Positions 1 through 7,912 of a stretch of 64,000 nucleotides of DNA are shown one piece after another. Each line of letters starts with the position of its first letter. The stretch's first letter is position 1. The position numbers and the translations under genes are program-made. The stretch comes from a virus, in the IMG/VR virus record IMGVR_UViG_3300045988_107529, positions 1-64,000 of that record, one strand, 5' to 3'. The notes beneath the pieces were generated by a model. That model was not told the origin of the DNA. It saw nothing but the letters and a program-made list of their open reading frames with translations, and did no database searches.

Positions 1-423
1 ATTGGAATTGCTGGAATTATTAAAGCTGGCGTTGAATACATCAAAGAGCAAGTTAATTGGGAAGATGATAAGGCAACCAATACCGGAAATTATTCAGCAG
101 CAACCAATACCGGATATCATTCAGCGGCAACCAATACCGGAAATTATTCAGCAGCAACCAATACCGGATATCATTCAGCGGCAACCAATACAGGAGATCG
201 GTCAGCAGCAATTGTAGAAGGAAAAGAAAGTATTGCGTTAGCTACGGGAATTAAATCAAAAGCCAAAGGGAAAATTGGATGTTTTATTGTTCTGGCTGAA
301 TGGAAAGAAATTAATTGCGAATATCATCTTATAGATGTTAAATCAGCAAAAGTAGATGGCGAAAACATTAAAGAAGATACTTTCTATATGTTGAAAGAAG
401 GAAAATTTGTAGAAGTAGATTAA
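1..423 (+). CDS. Repeat-containing protein, C-terminal part (5' end outside window); Hep_Hag/YadA-head-like nonapeptide repeats
   Basis: Frame 1 is open from nt 1 to TAA 421-423: ..NWEDDK-(ATNTGNYSA/ATNTGYHSA)x2-ATNTGDRSA-AIVEGKESIALATGIKSKAKGKIGCFIVLAEW..EGKFVEVD*. It has no in-window start, so it is absent from the ORF track. Track ORF 2..217 is the off-frame reading of the same repeats. Confidence 0.7.
   Translation: MGIAGIIKAGVEYIKEQVNWEDDKATNTGNYSAATNTGYHSAATNTGNYSAATNTGYHSAATNTGDRSAAIVEGKESIALATGIKSKAKGKIGCFIVLAEWKEINCEYHLIDVKSAKVDGENIKEDTFYMLKEGKFVEVD
73..207 (+). repeat. Five tandem 27-nt coding repeats (two exact 54-nt double units plus a diverged fifth copy)
   Basis: gcaaccaataccggaaattattca / gcagcaaccaataccggatatcattca alternate at 73, 100, 127, 154 and 181. 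Confidence 0.9.
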
Positions 424-551
424 GTTGCCCTGGAAGGTGCGGTAACACCAACCAGGACGGTATCTAACTAAGAACGAGTTAGTTAAATACAGGATTATTA
501 TAACACAACCTCCTGTATTTGACAAACAAAAATATAACAGGAGGACTTTTT

Positions 552-686
552 ATGCAAAAAAATGGCGAAAATCAGCCGCTTTCCAGTGAAATCATTGCTG
601 ATCTGGAAGAAAAGCTGATGGCAAGAAATGTAATTATCGTTATTCTGGCAACTGCACTTGCAGTAACCACATCCAGAAGAAAGTGA
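552..686 (+). CDS. Small hydrophobic protein (44 aa)
   Basis: ATG 552 follows SD-like AGGAGGA. Protein MQKNGENQ..VIIVILATALAVTTSRRK*. Below the track size cut-off. Confidence 0.35.
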   Translation: MQKNGENQPLSSEIIADLEEKLMARNVIIVILATALAVTTSRRK

Positions 687-693
687 GGACAAA

Positions 694-870
694 ATGAAAG
701 AGGTGGTAAAGACAATAGGAGAAATATTTGTAGGAATAGGGATGTTTACAGTAATCTTCTCAATCACATGGATGTTTACATCATTTGATGCTATCGGGGT
801 GTTCTTTGTATCAACAGTCTTATTCTCAATGGTGTTTCTTCCTATTATATTAGAAATGGAGGAAAAGTAA
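694..870 (+). CDS. Small membrane protein (58 aa, two hydrophobic segments)
   Basis: ATG 694; IFVGIGMFTVIFSITWMF and VFFVSTVLFSMVFLPIIL; stop TAA 868-870 abuts ATG 871. Confidence 0.4.
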   Translation: MKEVVKTIGEIFVGIGMFTVIFSITWMFTSFDAIGVFFVSTVLFSMVFLPIILEMEEK

Positions 871-1488
871 ATGCAAAGATTAAATAAAGTAAGATTATCC
901 GGAAGAGCCGGGGAAATAGTATTCAGCCACGAGCATTACGGAAGATACTATTACAAATTCATGCTGACAGTCATTCGCAAAAGTGGTGCAGTAGATATGT
1001 TCCCAATCGTTATAGAAGATTCCATTGTACGTGATAACGATTATAACGGAAAAGAAGTTGCGGTAACAGGAGCAATCAGAAGCATGGACACTTCTAAAAA
1101 TCCAAATAAGCACCACAATGTTAATTATATCGCAGCTGATGAAGTAGAAATCCTGGATGAACAGGTTCCAGATGGCGATATAAACAAAGTAGAGTTTATT
1201 GCCAGAAGTTGCACGAAAGAGCCATATGCAAAACTTACATCAGTAACGCACAGAAAAGTTTCAAATCTTTTTGTAGCAATTCCAAGAGAGTATTCAGAAA
1301 GAGCGGATTTTATTCGCTGTACTTTATGGGGAAAAGGTGCTGATCTGGCGGTAGAGGTTAAAAGAAATGATTACATTAAAGTATCTGGCAGATTAATGAG
1401 CCGTGATGTTTATGTTAATGGGGAAGAAACGGAAACAGTATATGAGATTTCCGTAAAAGAAATGGAGAAATTGGAGGATGAAGAATAA
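871..1488 (+). CDS. SSB-like protein with two OB-fold-like halves
   Basis: 205 aa. N-half NKVRLSGRAGEIVFSHEHYGRYYYKFMLTVIRKSGAVDMFPIVI. C-half has the SSB-type motif ADFIRCTLWGKGADLAVEVKRNDYIKVSGRL. Acidic tail EDEE. Confidence 0.6.
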   Translation: MQRLNKVRLSGRAGEIVFSHEHYGRYYYKFMLTVIRKSGAVDMFPIVIEDSIVRDNDYNGKEVAVTGAIRSMDTSKNPNKHHNVNYIAADEVEILDEQVPDGDINKVEFIARSCTKEPYAKLTSVTHRKVSNLFVAIPREYSERADFIRCTLWGKGADLAVEVKRNDYIKVSGRLMSRDVYVNGEETETVYEISVKEMEKLEDEE

Positions 1489-2140
1489 TAAGAATGAAGT
1501 TCAGATATTTGGCGTAATAATGGATATTCAGCCAGGAACGTTTTTCAAGGACGGAGAAAAATTCGTAAGATTCTATATTGGTGCAAAGCGTACCAGCGGG
1601 AACGTAGATTTACTTCCGGTAATTGTTGAAGAAAAGCAGACGGAGGGCTTAAAGATTGGAAAATACGTCTACGTTGAAGGGAGATACAGTTCTTCAAACA
1701 AACATGAAAGTGGAAAGTCACATTTGATTCTTGAAATCAAAGCGGAAACAATCTGGTGTGGAGAAGGTGATGGGAGCACAGAAGGTGAAAACAAAATCAT
1801 TCTGGAAGGTTATCTTTGCAAACCGCCTGTGTACCGCAGAACACCAATAGGAAAAGAAATCTGTGATTTGATGATTGCTTGCAATGAATATGACTTGCGA
1901 AGAACAGATTATATCCCATGTATAGCATGGTGGAAAGAAGCCAGAGAAGCTGCTGATTTCAAGGTTGGAGATTTCGTAAAAATAATCGGAAGAATCCAGA
2001 GCCGAATTTATCGGAAAAAATTATCTGGTGATGAAATAGAGCTTAGAACTGCATACGAGGTATCAATAGGGAGGATAATCGAGCATGAAGGTGGAAGTGA
2101 AAAAGATTTCGTTGGAGAATTACAAGAAGTTTCCGAGTAA
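1478..2140 (+). CDS. SSB-like double-OB protein, paralog of 871..1488
   Basis: 220 aa with the same layout (..FYIGAKRTSGNVDLLPVIVEEK.. / TDYIPCIAWWKEAREAADFKVGDFVKIIGRIQSR). ATG overlaps the previous stop, SD GGAGG. Confidence 0.6.
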   Translation: MKNNKNEVQIFGVIMDIQPGTFFKDGEKFVRFYIGAKRTSGNVDLLPVIVEEKQTEGLKIGKYVYVEGRYSSSNKHESGKSHLILEIKAETIWCGEGDGSTEGENKIILEGYLCKPPVYRRTPIGKEICDLMIACNEYDLRRTDYIPCIAWWKEAREAADFKVGDFVKIIGRIQSRIYRKKLSGDEIELRTAYEVSIGRIIEHEGGSEKDFVGELQEVSE

Positions 2141-4106
2141 GTCTGTAGATTTGTTTCCAAGAACAGAGATTTCCGGCAGAAACAGAGAAGGAAAGTCCAC
2201 ATTGCAGGATGCATATTTGGACGTTTTGACAGGAAAGATGGCAAATGGTACAGAACCGACTTCTATTCGCAGAAAAGAAAATGGCGTGGAAGTGCCAAAG
2301 GTTGATGTTGTAAGAGAACTTACACTTGCGATTGATGGGAAAGAAAAAATGATCCGCAAAATCACAAAGCAGAAGTGGAGAAAACCAAGAGGACAGTCAG
2401 AAGAGGTATTCGATGGAAATGAAACTTCTTATGAAATTGACGGATTCCCGGCTAAATCAAAAGATTATACCGAGTTCATCCAGTCAATAGCAGAACCTTC
2501 AACGCTTCTGATGTGCAGTAATTCAAAAACTTTTCTTGATATTTTACAGAAATCCACTTCGGAAGCCAGAAAAAAGCTTGGGGAGATGGCAGGATTTGAC
2601 GTAAATAAATTTATTTTAGACAATCCTCAATATGTTTCTTTAAGCGAAATAACAAAAGGAAATTCTATAGAAAACACTCTGAAAAAATTAAGAAAAGATT
2701 TAAGAGATCAGAAAAAGAAATGCGATGAAAAAGACACGGAAATCAAGTATGAAACCAATAGAAGTGTTGAAGCGGAAGACACTTCCTCCCTAGAATCCAA
2801 AAAACAGGAGCTTAATGCGGAGCTTTCTAAACTGGAAGAACAGGAACAGATTCTTGAAGATTCGGCAAAAGGCTATGACAGCCTTTCATATGAAATCCGA
2901 GGACTGAAATCTTCCAGGGATGGACTTGTTAGCAAGGCGAATGAATGGTTAAGAGCCAGACAAAAATTCATTTCTGATACATTTTCCGAACTTAAGTTAA
3001 AAAAATCAGAAAAGGAATCAAGCATTCGTATTATTGGAATGGAACTGGATAACCACATAAGAGCTGGACAACAGGCAAAAGCCGACTTGGATAGAGCCAG
3101 ACAGGACTATCCAAGAATAAAAGAAATGGAGTGGGATGATTCTGGACTGAAAGCTATTGAAGTCGAAACATTCAATGATTCTGATACTATTTGCCCGACC
3201 TGTGGACAGGAACTGCCAGATGAACAGATTGCCGAATTGAGAGCTTCCTTTGAAGAAAAGAAGAAGACTAGAATTGAATCACAGTTGAAAGTAAAAGAAT
3301 CCTTTGAATTGGAGAAGCAGGAAAAGCTTAAATATGTCTGCGACCTTGGAAATACTTCCGCTGCAAAATTAAAGAAAACTAACGAGGAAATCAACAAATT
3401 ACAGTCGGAAATTAGCGTAGCACAGGATGAAGTTGCTGAACTCACTAAGCAGATTGAGGAAGAGCAGTCCAAATTTATGGAGCTTCCAGAATCTGTAGAT
3501 ATGACAAATGATGAAGAATATCTTGCGGTTACAGCGAGAATTGCAGAACTTGAAGAGAAACTGAAATCATTTGATGATGTTCCTGGAAAGAAACAGGAAT
3601 TAAGAATGCAGATCAGCAATGTTATGAAACAGATTTCCAATGTGGATGCAGACATTAAGATTGCACAGGCAGCAGTCACAGAGAAAGAAAAGCGAGTAGC
3701 CGAACTGAATAAGGAACTGAAAAGCATTGGACAGGTACAAGCTGATATTGAAAAGAACATTGATACCGTTCTTAACTTCTCAATTCAGAAAAACAAGGCA
3801 CTGGCAGAGAAAATCAATCCATACTTTAAGCATTTCCAGTTCAGTTTCCTTGATTACACGATTGATGGAAATCCAGTGGAAACTTGCAAGATGATCTGTA
3901 ATGGAATCGACTACAACAGCGGATTGAATCATTCCGACAAAATTCTTTGCGAGGTTGATTTACTGAATGGATTACAGGAAATGAATGGGCTAAATCTGCC
4001 GATTTGGATTGATGATTCGGAGAGCATTGACAAAAGTAGAATCCCTATGTTAGACAGGCAGATGATTGTGCTAAGAGTGACAGATGGAGATTTGAAAGTA
4101 ATTTGA
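2085..4106 (+). CDS. SMC/Rad50/RecF-like AAA ATPase with coiled coil
   Basis: 673 aa. Walker A GRNREGKST. Long Glu/Lys-rich coiled-coil middle with the zinc-hook-like CPTCGQELP. C-terminal LPIWIDDSESID (Walker B/D-loop like). Confidence 0.7.
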   Translation: MKVEVKKISLENYKKFPSKSVDLFPRTEISGRNREGKSTLQDAYLDVLTGKMANGTEPTSIRRKENGVEVPKVDVVRELTLAIDGKEKMIRKITKQKWRKPRGQSEEVFDGNETSYEIDGFPAKSKDYTEFIQSIAEPSTLLMCSNSKTFLDILQKSTSEARKKLGEMAGFDVNKFILDNPQYVSLSEITKGNSIENTLKKLRKDLRDQKKKCDEKDTEIKYETNRSVEAEDTSSLESKKQELNAELSKLEEQEQILEDSAKGYDSLSYEIRGLKSSRDGLVSKANEWLRARQKFISDTFSELKLKKSEKESSIRIIGMELDNHIRAGQQAKADLDRARQDYPRIKEMEWDDSGLKAIEVETFNDSDTICPTCGQELPDEQIAELRASFEEKKKTRIESQLKVKESFELEKQEKLKYVCDLGNTSAAKLKKTNEEINKLQSEISVAQDEVAELTKQIEEEQSKFMELPESVDMTNDEEYLAVTARIAELEEKLKSFDDVPGKKQELRMQISNVMKQISNVDADIKIAQAAVTEKEKRVAELNKELKSIGQVQADIEKNIDTVLNFSIQKNKALAEKINPYFKHFQFSFLDYTIDGNPVETCKMICNGIDYNSGLNHSDKILCEVDLLNGLQEMNGLNLPIWIDDSESIDKSRIPMLDRQMIVLRVTDGDLKVI

Positions 4107-4122
4107 TAAACAGGAGGGGAAA

Positions 4123-4569
4123 ATGCTAACAGCAACATGGGGAAAACATTTTTTCAAAGCGGATGCTACAAAATGTGCTTCTGAAATCATGGAAATTTGC
4201 GATCAGATGGAATCTGCTACACCACAGCAGATTCTTGAGAAAGCAAGGGACGAAAGTACAGAATTACATAAGTGCTTCACATGGGATGATTCCATAGCAG
4301 CTGAAAAATACAGAATCCACGAAGCCAGACAGATTGTTTGTCAGTTAAAAATCGTGGAACAGGATATTGACAACAAGTCAAAGCCGACAGCAATTCGAGT
4401 GTTTTACAAGACAGATGGCAAAAGCGGATATAAGCCAACACAGCTTATTTTGAAGCAGCCAGATGAATACGAAGCACTTTTAGAGCGTTGTCGGAATGAA
4501 CTTCTGTCAGTGAAACAGAAATACCAGAATATTTCCGAATACGAAGAAGTTTGGGAACTGATTAATTAA
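4123..4569 (+). CDS. Hypothetical protein (148 aa)
   Basis: SD GGAGGGG upstream of ATG 4123; motif CFTWDDSIAAEKYRIHEARQIV; family not recognised. Confidence 0.6.
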   Translation: MLTATWGKHFFKADATKCASEIMEICDQMESATPQQILEKARDESTELHKCFTWDDSIAAEKYRIHEARQIVCQLKIVEQDIDNKSKPTAIRVFYKTDGKSGYKPTQLILKQPDEYEALLERCRNELLSVKQKYQNISEYEEVWELIN

Positions 4570-4577
4570 ACATGAAT

Positions 4578-5489
4578 GCCGTTACTGTGCTGATATGCCT
4601 GCAAGAGTGGGAACATAATGCAGAACATGACATAACAGGGCACTACAGAACAAGACAGAAAAGAACGTTACACCTTATTCTTGCGGGCTTATGAGTGCAG
4701 TAGCGGCGAAATTCCTATGTTGATATGCCTGTAAAATCGACAGGAAAAATAAGATATAACATCAAAGTAAAGTACAGTACATCATAATTACCCATTTTAC
4801 AGGTTTATGAGCGTAGGAAACCACAGCATTTATCAGTCTGCATAAGCAGAAAGACAGGATAACTCACAACACAACAAAATAAAACAATTCAGTATAGTGC
4901 AGTACCTCTTTCCCTTGTGCAGAGTGATAAGTGTTGTGAACACTTACTATAGGATAAAAATTCTTACAACAGGAAATAATAGCACAGAATAATACACACA
5001 GCACTTAACGGATGGGCTGTTTTGTAGGCGGTATAAATCGTCAGGACAGAACACTACAGTACAACACAATACAAAACACAACATATGACTTTTATATCGT
5101 CTATAAAGCAGTCCTCCGAAATTGAATATTGGGTAGGTGACATGAAAAAATGTCGCAAAATATTAAAGCGCAGAAAAATATAACATAGAACAGAGTAGAA
5201 TAGCACAGCACAGCACAATTCATGTTGCCTACCGAGTGTTCAACTCAACCAGATGTATTTAGTTGGCAGTAGAAACTGTCATAATAGGAAACCATAAAAT
5301 CTTATATGTGAGAACAAAATAATACAGTAAACAATAGCACAACACAAGACAAGCTTTCTACTGCTTGCTAAGTACATTTGGAGTTTGTATGAAGATTCAA
5401 GCGGATTAGTTTCGCAAAACATTACAATATACGATATGACAAAATAGCATAAGACAGTATAAAACAAAACTAGCGTTACTAACCTGCTT
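4578..5489 (+). ncRNA. Array A: eight tandem long imperfect hairpins (candidate structured RNA family, + strand)
   Basis: Units 4578-4707, 4712-4819, 4822-4938, ~4961-5028, 5030-5098, 5132-5233, 5234-5398, 5399-5489. The closing helices differ in sequence but stay paired. Example: 5249-5275 with 5355-5381 gives 22 WC, 4 G.U and 1 mismatch. Loops are A/C-rich and share ATAGCAC-type motifs. No credible ORF. Confidence 0.6.
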
Positions 5490-5493
5490 GAAT

Positions 5494-5505
5494 GTTTGTA
5501 CAAAC
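5494..5505. promoter_or_regulatory. Perfect palindrome GTTTGTACAAAC between array A and gene 5547
   Basis: 12-nt palindrome followed by an A-rich tract and SD TAGGAGGA. Operator or small hairpin; function unknown. Confidence 0.3.
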
Positions 5506-5546
5506 AAAAATAATAAAAAATCATTTTATTTTAGGAGGAACGCAAC

Positions 5547-6224
5547 ATGGCAAAAAACATCACTATCGAACCTTTAAAGGAAACCACATTAAGAGTTGAG
5601 TTAATCGGGGACACAGACCTCATTCTTCACAAGAGAAGCCGTTACTATGAACAGGCTGAATGCTTCAAGCAGTCCAAGGACAAGGGCTTCAAAATGCCAG
5701 CTATTTACAATCAGCCAAAGAATGTTTGGGAGGGCTTAATTACTGGTATTCACTGGGAGAAACCTATTAATTTCCATGATGAAGATATTTCCCTTTACAC
5801 AGAGGAAGAGTGGAAAGATTACATGGAAAACAACAGACCTTGCATTCTTACACAGGCATTCAAGAAATCATTCACAGAAACATTTATTACTTTCTTCAAG
5901 GATTCCACAGGAAAGAAAGGAACAGATATCAAGCGTTCTCTTTCAATCGAAGGTTCTATTTGCCCGGTAAATTTTGAATCTGTTGAGGTGGTAAATAAGA
6001 TCGTTCCGACTTCTGGAATCAGTGCAAGCCCGGTTCTTTGTAGTAGTAACGTTTTCCATAACTGGAGAACCACTATTGAGGTATCTTGCCCGGACATTGT
6101 ATTTCCATATGAGACAGTATTGCAGCTGATTGAAACCAGTGGAAAGTACATCGGAATCGGAACACAGAGAGCAAACGGAAACGGCAGATATCACATCAAC
6201 CCGGACAATGTGACTATCATTTAA
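5547..6224 (+). CDS. Orphan protein (225 aa) flanked on both sides by the hairpin arrays
   Basis: Strong SD. No family recognised. Gly-rich C-terminal motif GKYIGIGTQRANGNGRYHI. Confidence 0.7.
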   Translation: MAKNITIEPLKETTLRVELIGDTDLILHKRSRYYEQAECFKQSKDKGFKMPAIYNQPKNVWEGLITGIHWEKPINFHDEDISLYTEEEWKDYMENNRPCILTQAFKKSFTETFITFFKDSTGKKGTDIKRSLSIEGSICPVNFESVEVVNKIVPTSGISASPVLCSSNVFHNWRTTIEVSCPDIVFPYETVLQLIETSGKYIGIGTQRANGNGRYHINPDNVTII

Positions 6225-6234
6225 TTTGGTAACT

Positions 6235-6603
6235 ATCGGTGGTATATGAATCCGGGTGAATGCCCGGAAAGTACAGTAAGAAAAATAACAGAATATCATA
6301 GCACGTGACACGACATTAAATTCATTCTGTTTCGTATGCCACCGATCATAACTCTTTGGTGCATTCACGGTGGATTGAAAATTTACAAATTATGTAAGCC
6401 AGAAGATAGAAAATAAAACAGAAGGGCAAAACATGATAGCCAAAAACATATTTTCAATCTACTGCGCGTGCACCCAAGAAAATAAATAAAACCTTAGGTG
6501 TATTCACGATGGGATAATATGACACATCGAAAATAGGACAGCACATATCATTATAGGAAACTACAGAACATTACATATTATCTCATTTTGAATGCACCTA
6601 AGG
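6235..6603 (+). ncRNA. Array B: three further hairpin units of the same family
   Basis: Units 6235-6346 (16-bp helix, 2 G.U), 6354-6478 (~28-bp helix) and 6492-6603 (30-bp helix: 26 WC, 3 G.U, 1 mismatch). Loops are A/C-rich with ATAGCAC/ATAGGAC motifs. Confidence 0.6.
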
Positions 6604-6626
6604 CAAAAAAGAAAAGGAGAATTAAT

Positions 6627-7736
6627 ATGGCAGAAACAACACAGGTAGCAAATTTTAACACACAGCTTTCCTACTACACAAATCGTTATGTCGATTTAAT
6701 GGAAAGAGATTTAACTTCAAGAGGAATGGAATTTGATTCCTACTCAAAGGATTGCGTAGTGGCAGCAATGGGATCTATTTTCCAGATGGTGCATGAGAGT
6801 GGAGTGAGTTTTGAAGCAATCAATGGTTCTAACCTTAAATTCATTCTGAGCAAAGTAGCAGCATTGAAGCTGAACGCAAATGCGCAGCCGAGAGAATGTT
6901 ATTTCCAGATCAGAAACGTAAATATAGCGGCGAAAGGGCAGAAACCTCAGTGGGAGAAGAAAATCGAATTTGCGATTGAGGGCGATGGAAATGACGCTCT
7001 TGTAAGTAGATATGGTGTCGATGTAGCTAAAGTATTCCCGTACTGGAAAGTCAGAGAAGGTGATAAGTATATCCCACCAAGACATAAAGGTGTGGAAATC
7101 ACACCGCCAGAATGGGAAGAATCTGGTGTAGGTAAGGTAGTCCGTATCGTATATCCGATTCAGTATAAGGACGGACATATTGAATATCTTTCTTGTGAAA
7201 GAGCAGATGTACTGAAGAATCTTGCAGCACACATCAAGAATAATCTCCAGAATGAAACATTTGGAATTTGTGCAGACAGATATAAAGCTACAGATGTGCA
7301 GAAAGCTCAAATTGAAGCAAAGAAAAAAGAAATCATGAAAAAGGTCGCTGACATTGGAGAAATGGAAGCAATCATTGACTGTGAGGAATTAAGACCGTAT
7401 ATTTCACCGTCTTATTATGAAACACAATCCAGAGAATCAATGATTATTCGTAAGATGCGAAACAACATTATGAAGTCTATTCCTAAGAGATGGGACAATC
7501 CAGTGCAGGCTTACGAATACAACATGATGGATGCCACATACAGAGAAGTACAGGAAGAAATCGAGCAGAACGCCAATTCAGAAGAATTTATCCCAGACGA
7601 GCCAGCGGAAATCGAAGAACAGCCTAAACATCCAACAGTCGCAGAAGTTGTAAAGACCGCCGAGAAAGAACAAGTTCCGGCAGCAGAGCCAGTGGAAACA
7701 GAAATTCCGTCATTTATGAGCCAGGAGGAAATGTAG
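6627..7736 (+). CDS. RecT-like single-strand annealing protein
   Basis: 369 aa from ATG 6627 (SD AAAGGAGA). The track start 6588 lies inside hairpin unit 11. Core ILSKVAALKLNANAQPRECYFQIRN .. IEGDGNDALVSRYG resembles RecT-family motifs. Acidic C-terminal tail. Confidence 0.55.
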   Translation: MAETTQVANFNTQLSYYTNRYVDLMERDLTSRGMEFDSYSKDCVVAAMGSIFQMVHESGVSFEAINGSNLKFILSKVAALKLNANAQPRECYFQIRNVNIAAKGQKPQWEKKIEFAIEGDGNDALVSRYGVDVAKVFPYWKVREGDKYIPPRHKGVEITPPEWEESGVGKVVRIVYPIQYKDGHIEYLSCERADVLKNLAAHIKNNLQNETFGICADRYKATDVQKAQIEAKKKEIMKKVADIGEMEAIIDCEELRPYISPSYYETQSRESMIIRKMRNNIMKSIPKRWDNPVQAYEYNMMDATYREVQEEIEQNANSEEFIPDEPAEIEEQPKHPTVAEVVKTAEKEQVPAAEPVETEIPSFMSQEEM

Positions 7737-7737
7737 G

Positions 7738-7899
7738 ATGGCAGCTCACACAATTGTGCTTATTATTTTACTTTCAATAGCACTTTTGGGATGGATAGTA
7801 ACTTTTATTCGAAAAAATGAATACAATCGAACCAATTTAATTATTCTTTTAAATGTTATTACATATGTGGTACTCATTATAATCCGACTTACAATGTAA
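7738..7899 (+). CDS. Small membrane protein (53 aa)
   Basis: ATG 7738 directly after the RecT-like stop. MAAHTIVLIILLSIALLGWIVTFI..LIILLNVITYVVLIIIRLTM*. Confidence 0.45.
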   Translation: MAAHTIVLIILLSIALLGWIVTFIRKNEYNRTNLIILLNVITYVVLIIIRLTM

Positions 7900-7912
7900 A
7901 AGGAGAGCCAAA

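Noticed and set aside
2-217. Track ORF 2..217 (Pro/Ile/Gln-rich repeat peptide)
   Set aside because: It is an off-frame reading of the 27-nt repeats. Frame 1 is open through the whole region to 423 and gives a sensible C-terminal domain.
3107-3760. Long antisense ORFs inside large genes (3107..3760-, 17117..17629-, 41198..41857-, 57557..58228-, 59139..59588- and similar)
   Set aside because: These are Ser/Phe/Leu-rich shadows of Glu/Lys/Ala-rich sense genes. They have no SD and are fully nested in better-supported + strand genes.
4578-6603. CRISPR array or type III toxin-antitoxin RNA repeat array
   Set aside because: There are no constant direct repeats separated by unique spacers. The stems vary and the loops are conserved. 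The units are 70-165 nt and highly diverged. No cas, ToxN/AbiE-like or terminator-then-toxin arrangement is recognisable.
4578-6603. Diversity-generating retroelement template/variable repeats (A-rich segments)
   Set aside because: No reverse transcriptase gene (no YxDD-type ORF) anywhere in the window, and no near-identical TR/VR pair differing at adenines.
5943-6627. ORFs 5943..6368(-) and the 6588 start of the RecT-like gene, both beginning MNAPK
   Set aside because: The shared peptide arises because the two ORFs read opposite arms of the hairpin inverted repeats. Neither has an SD. ATG 6627 has a good SD.
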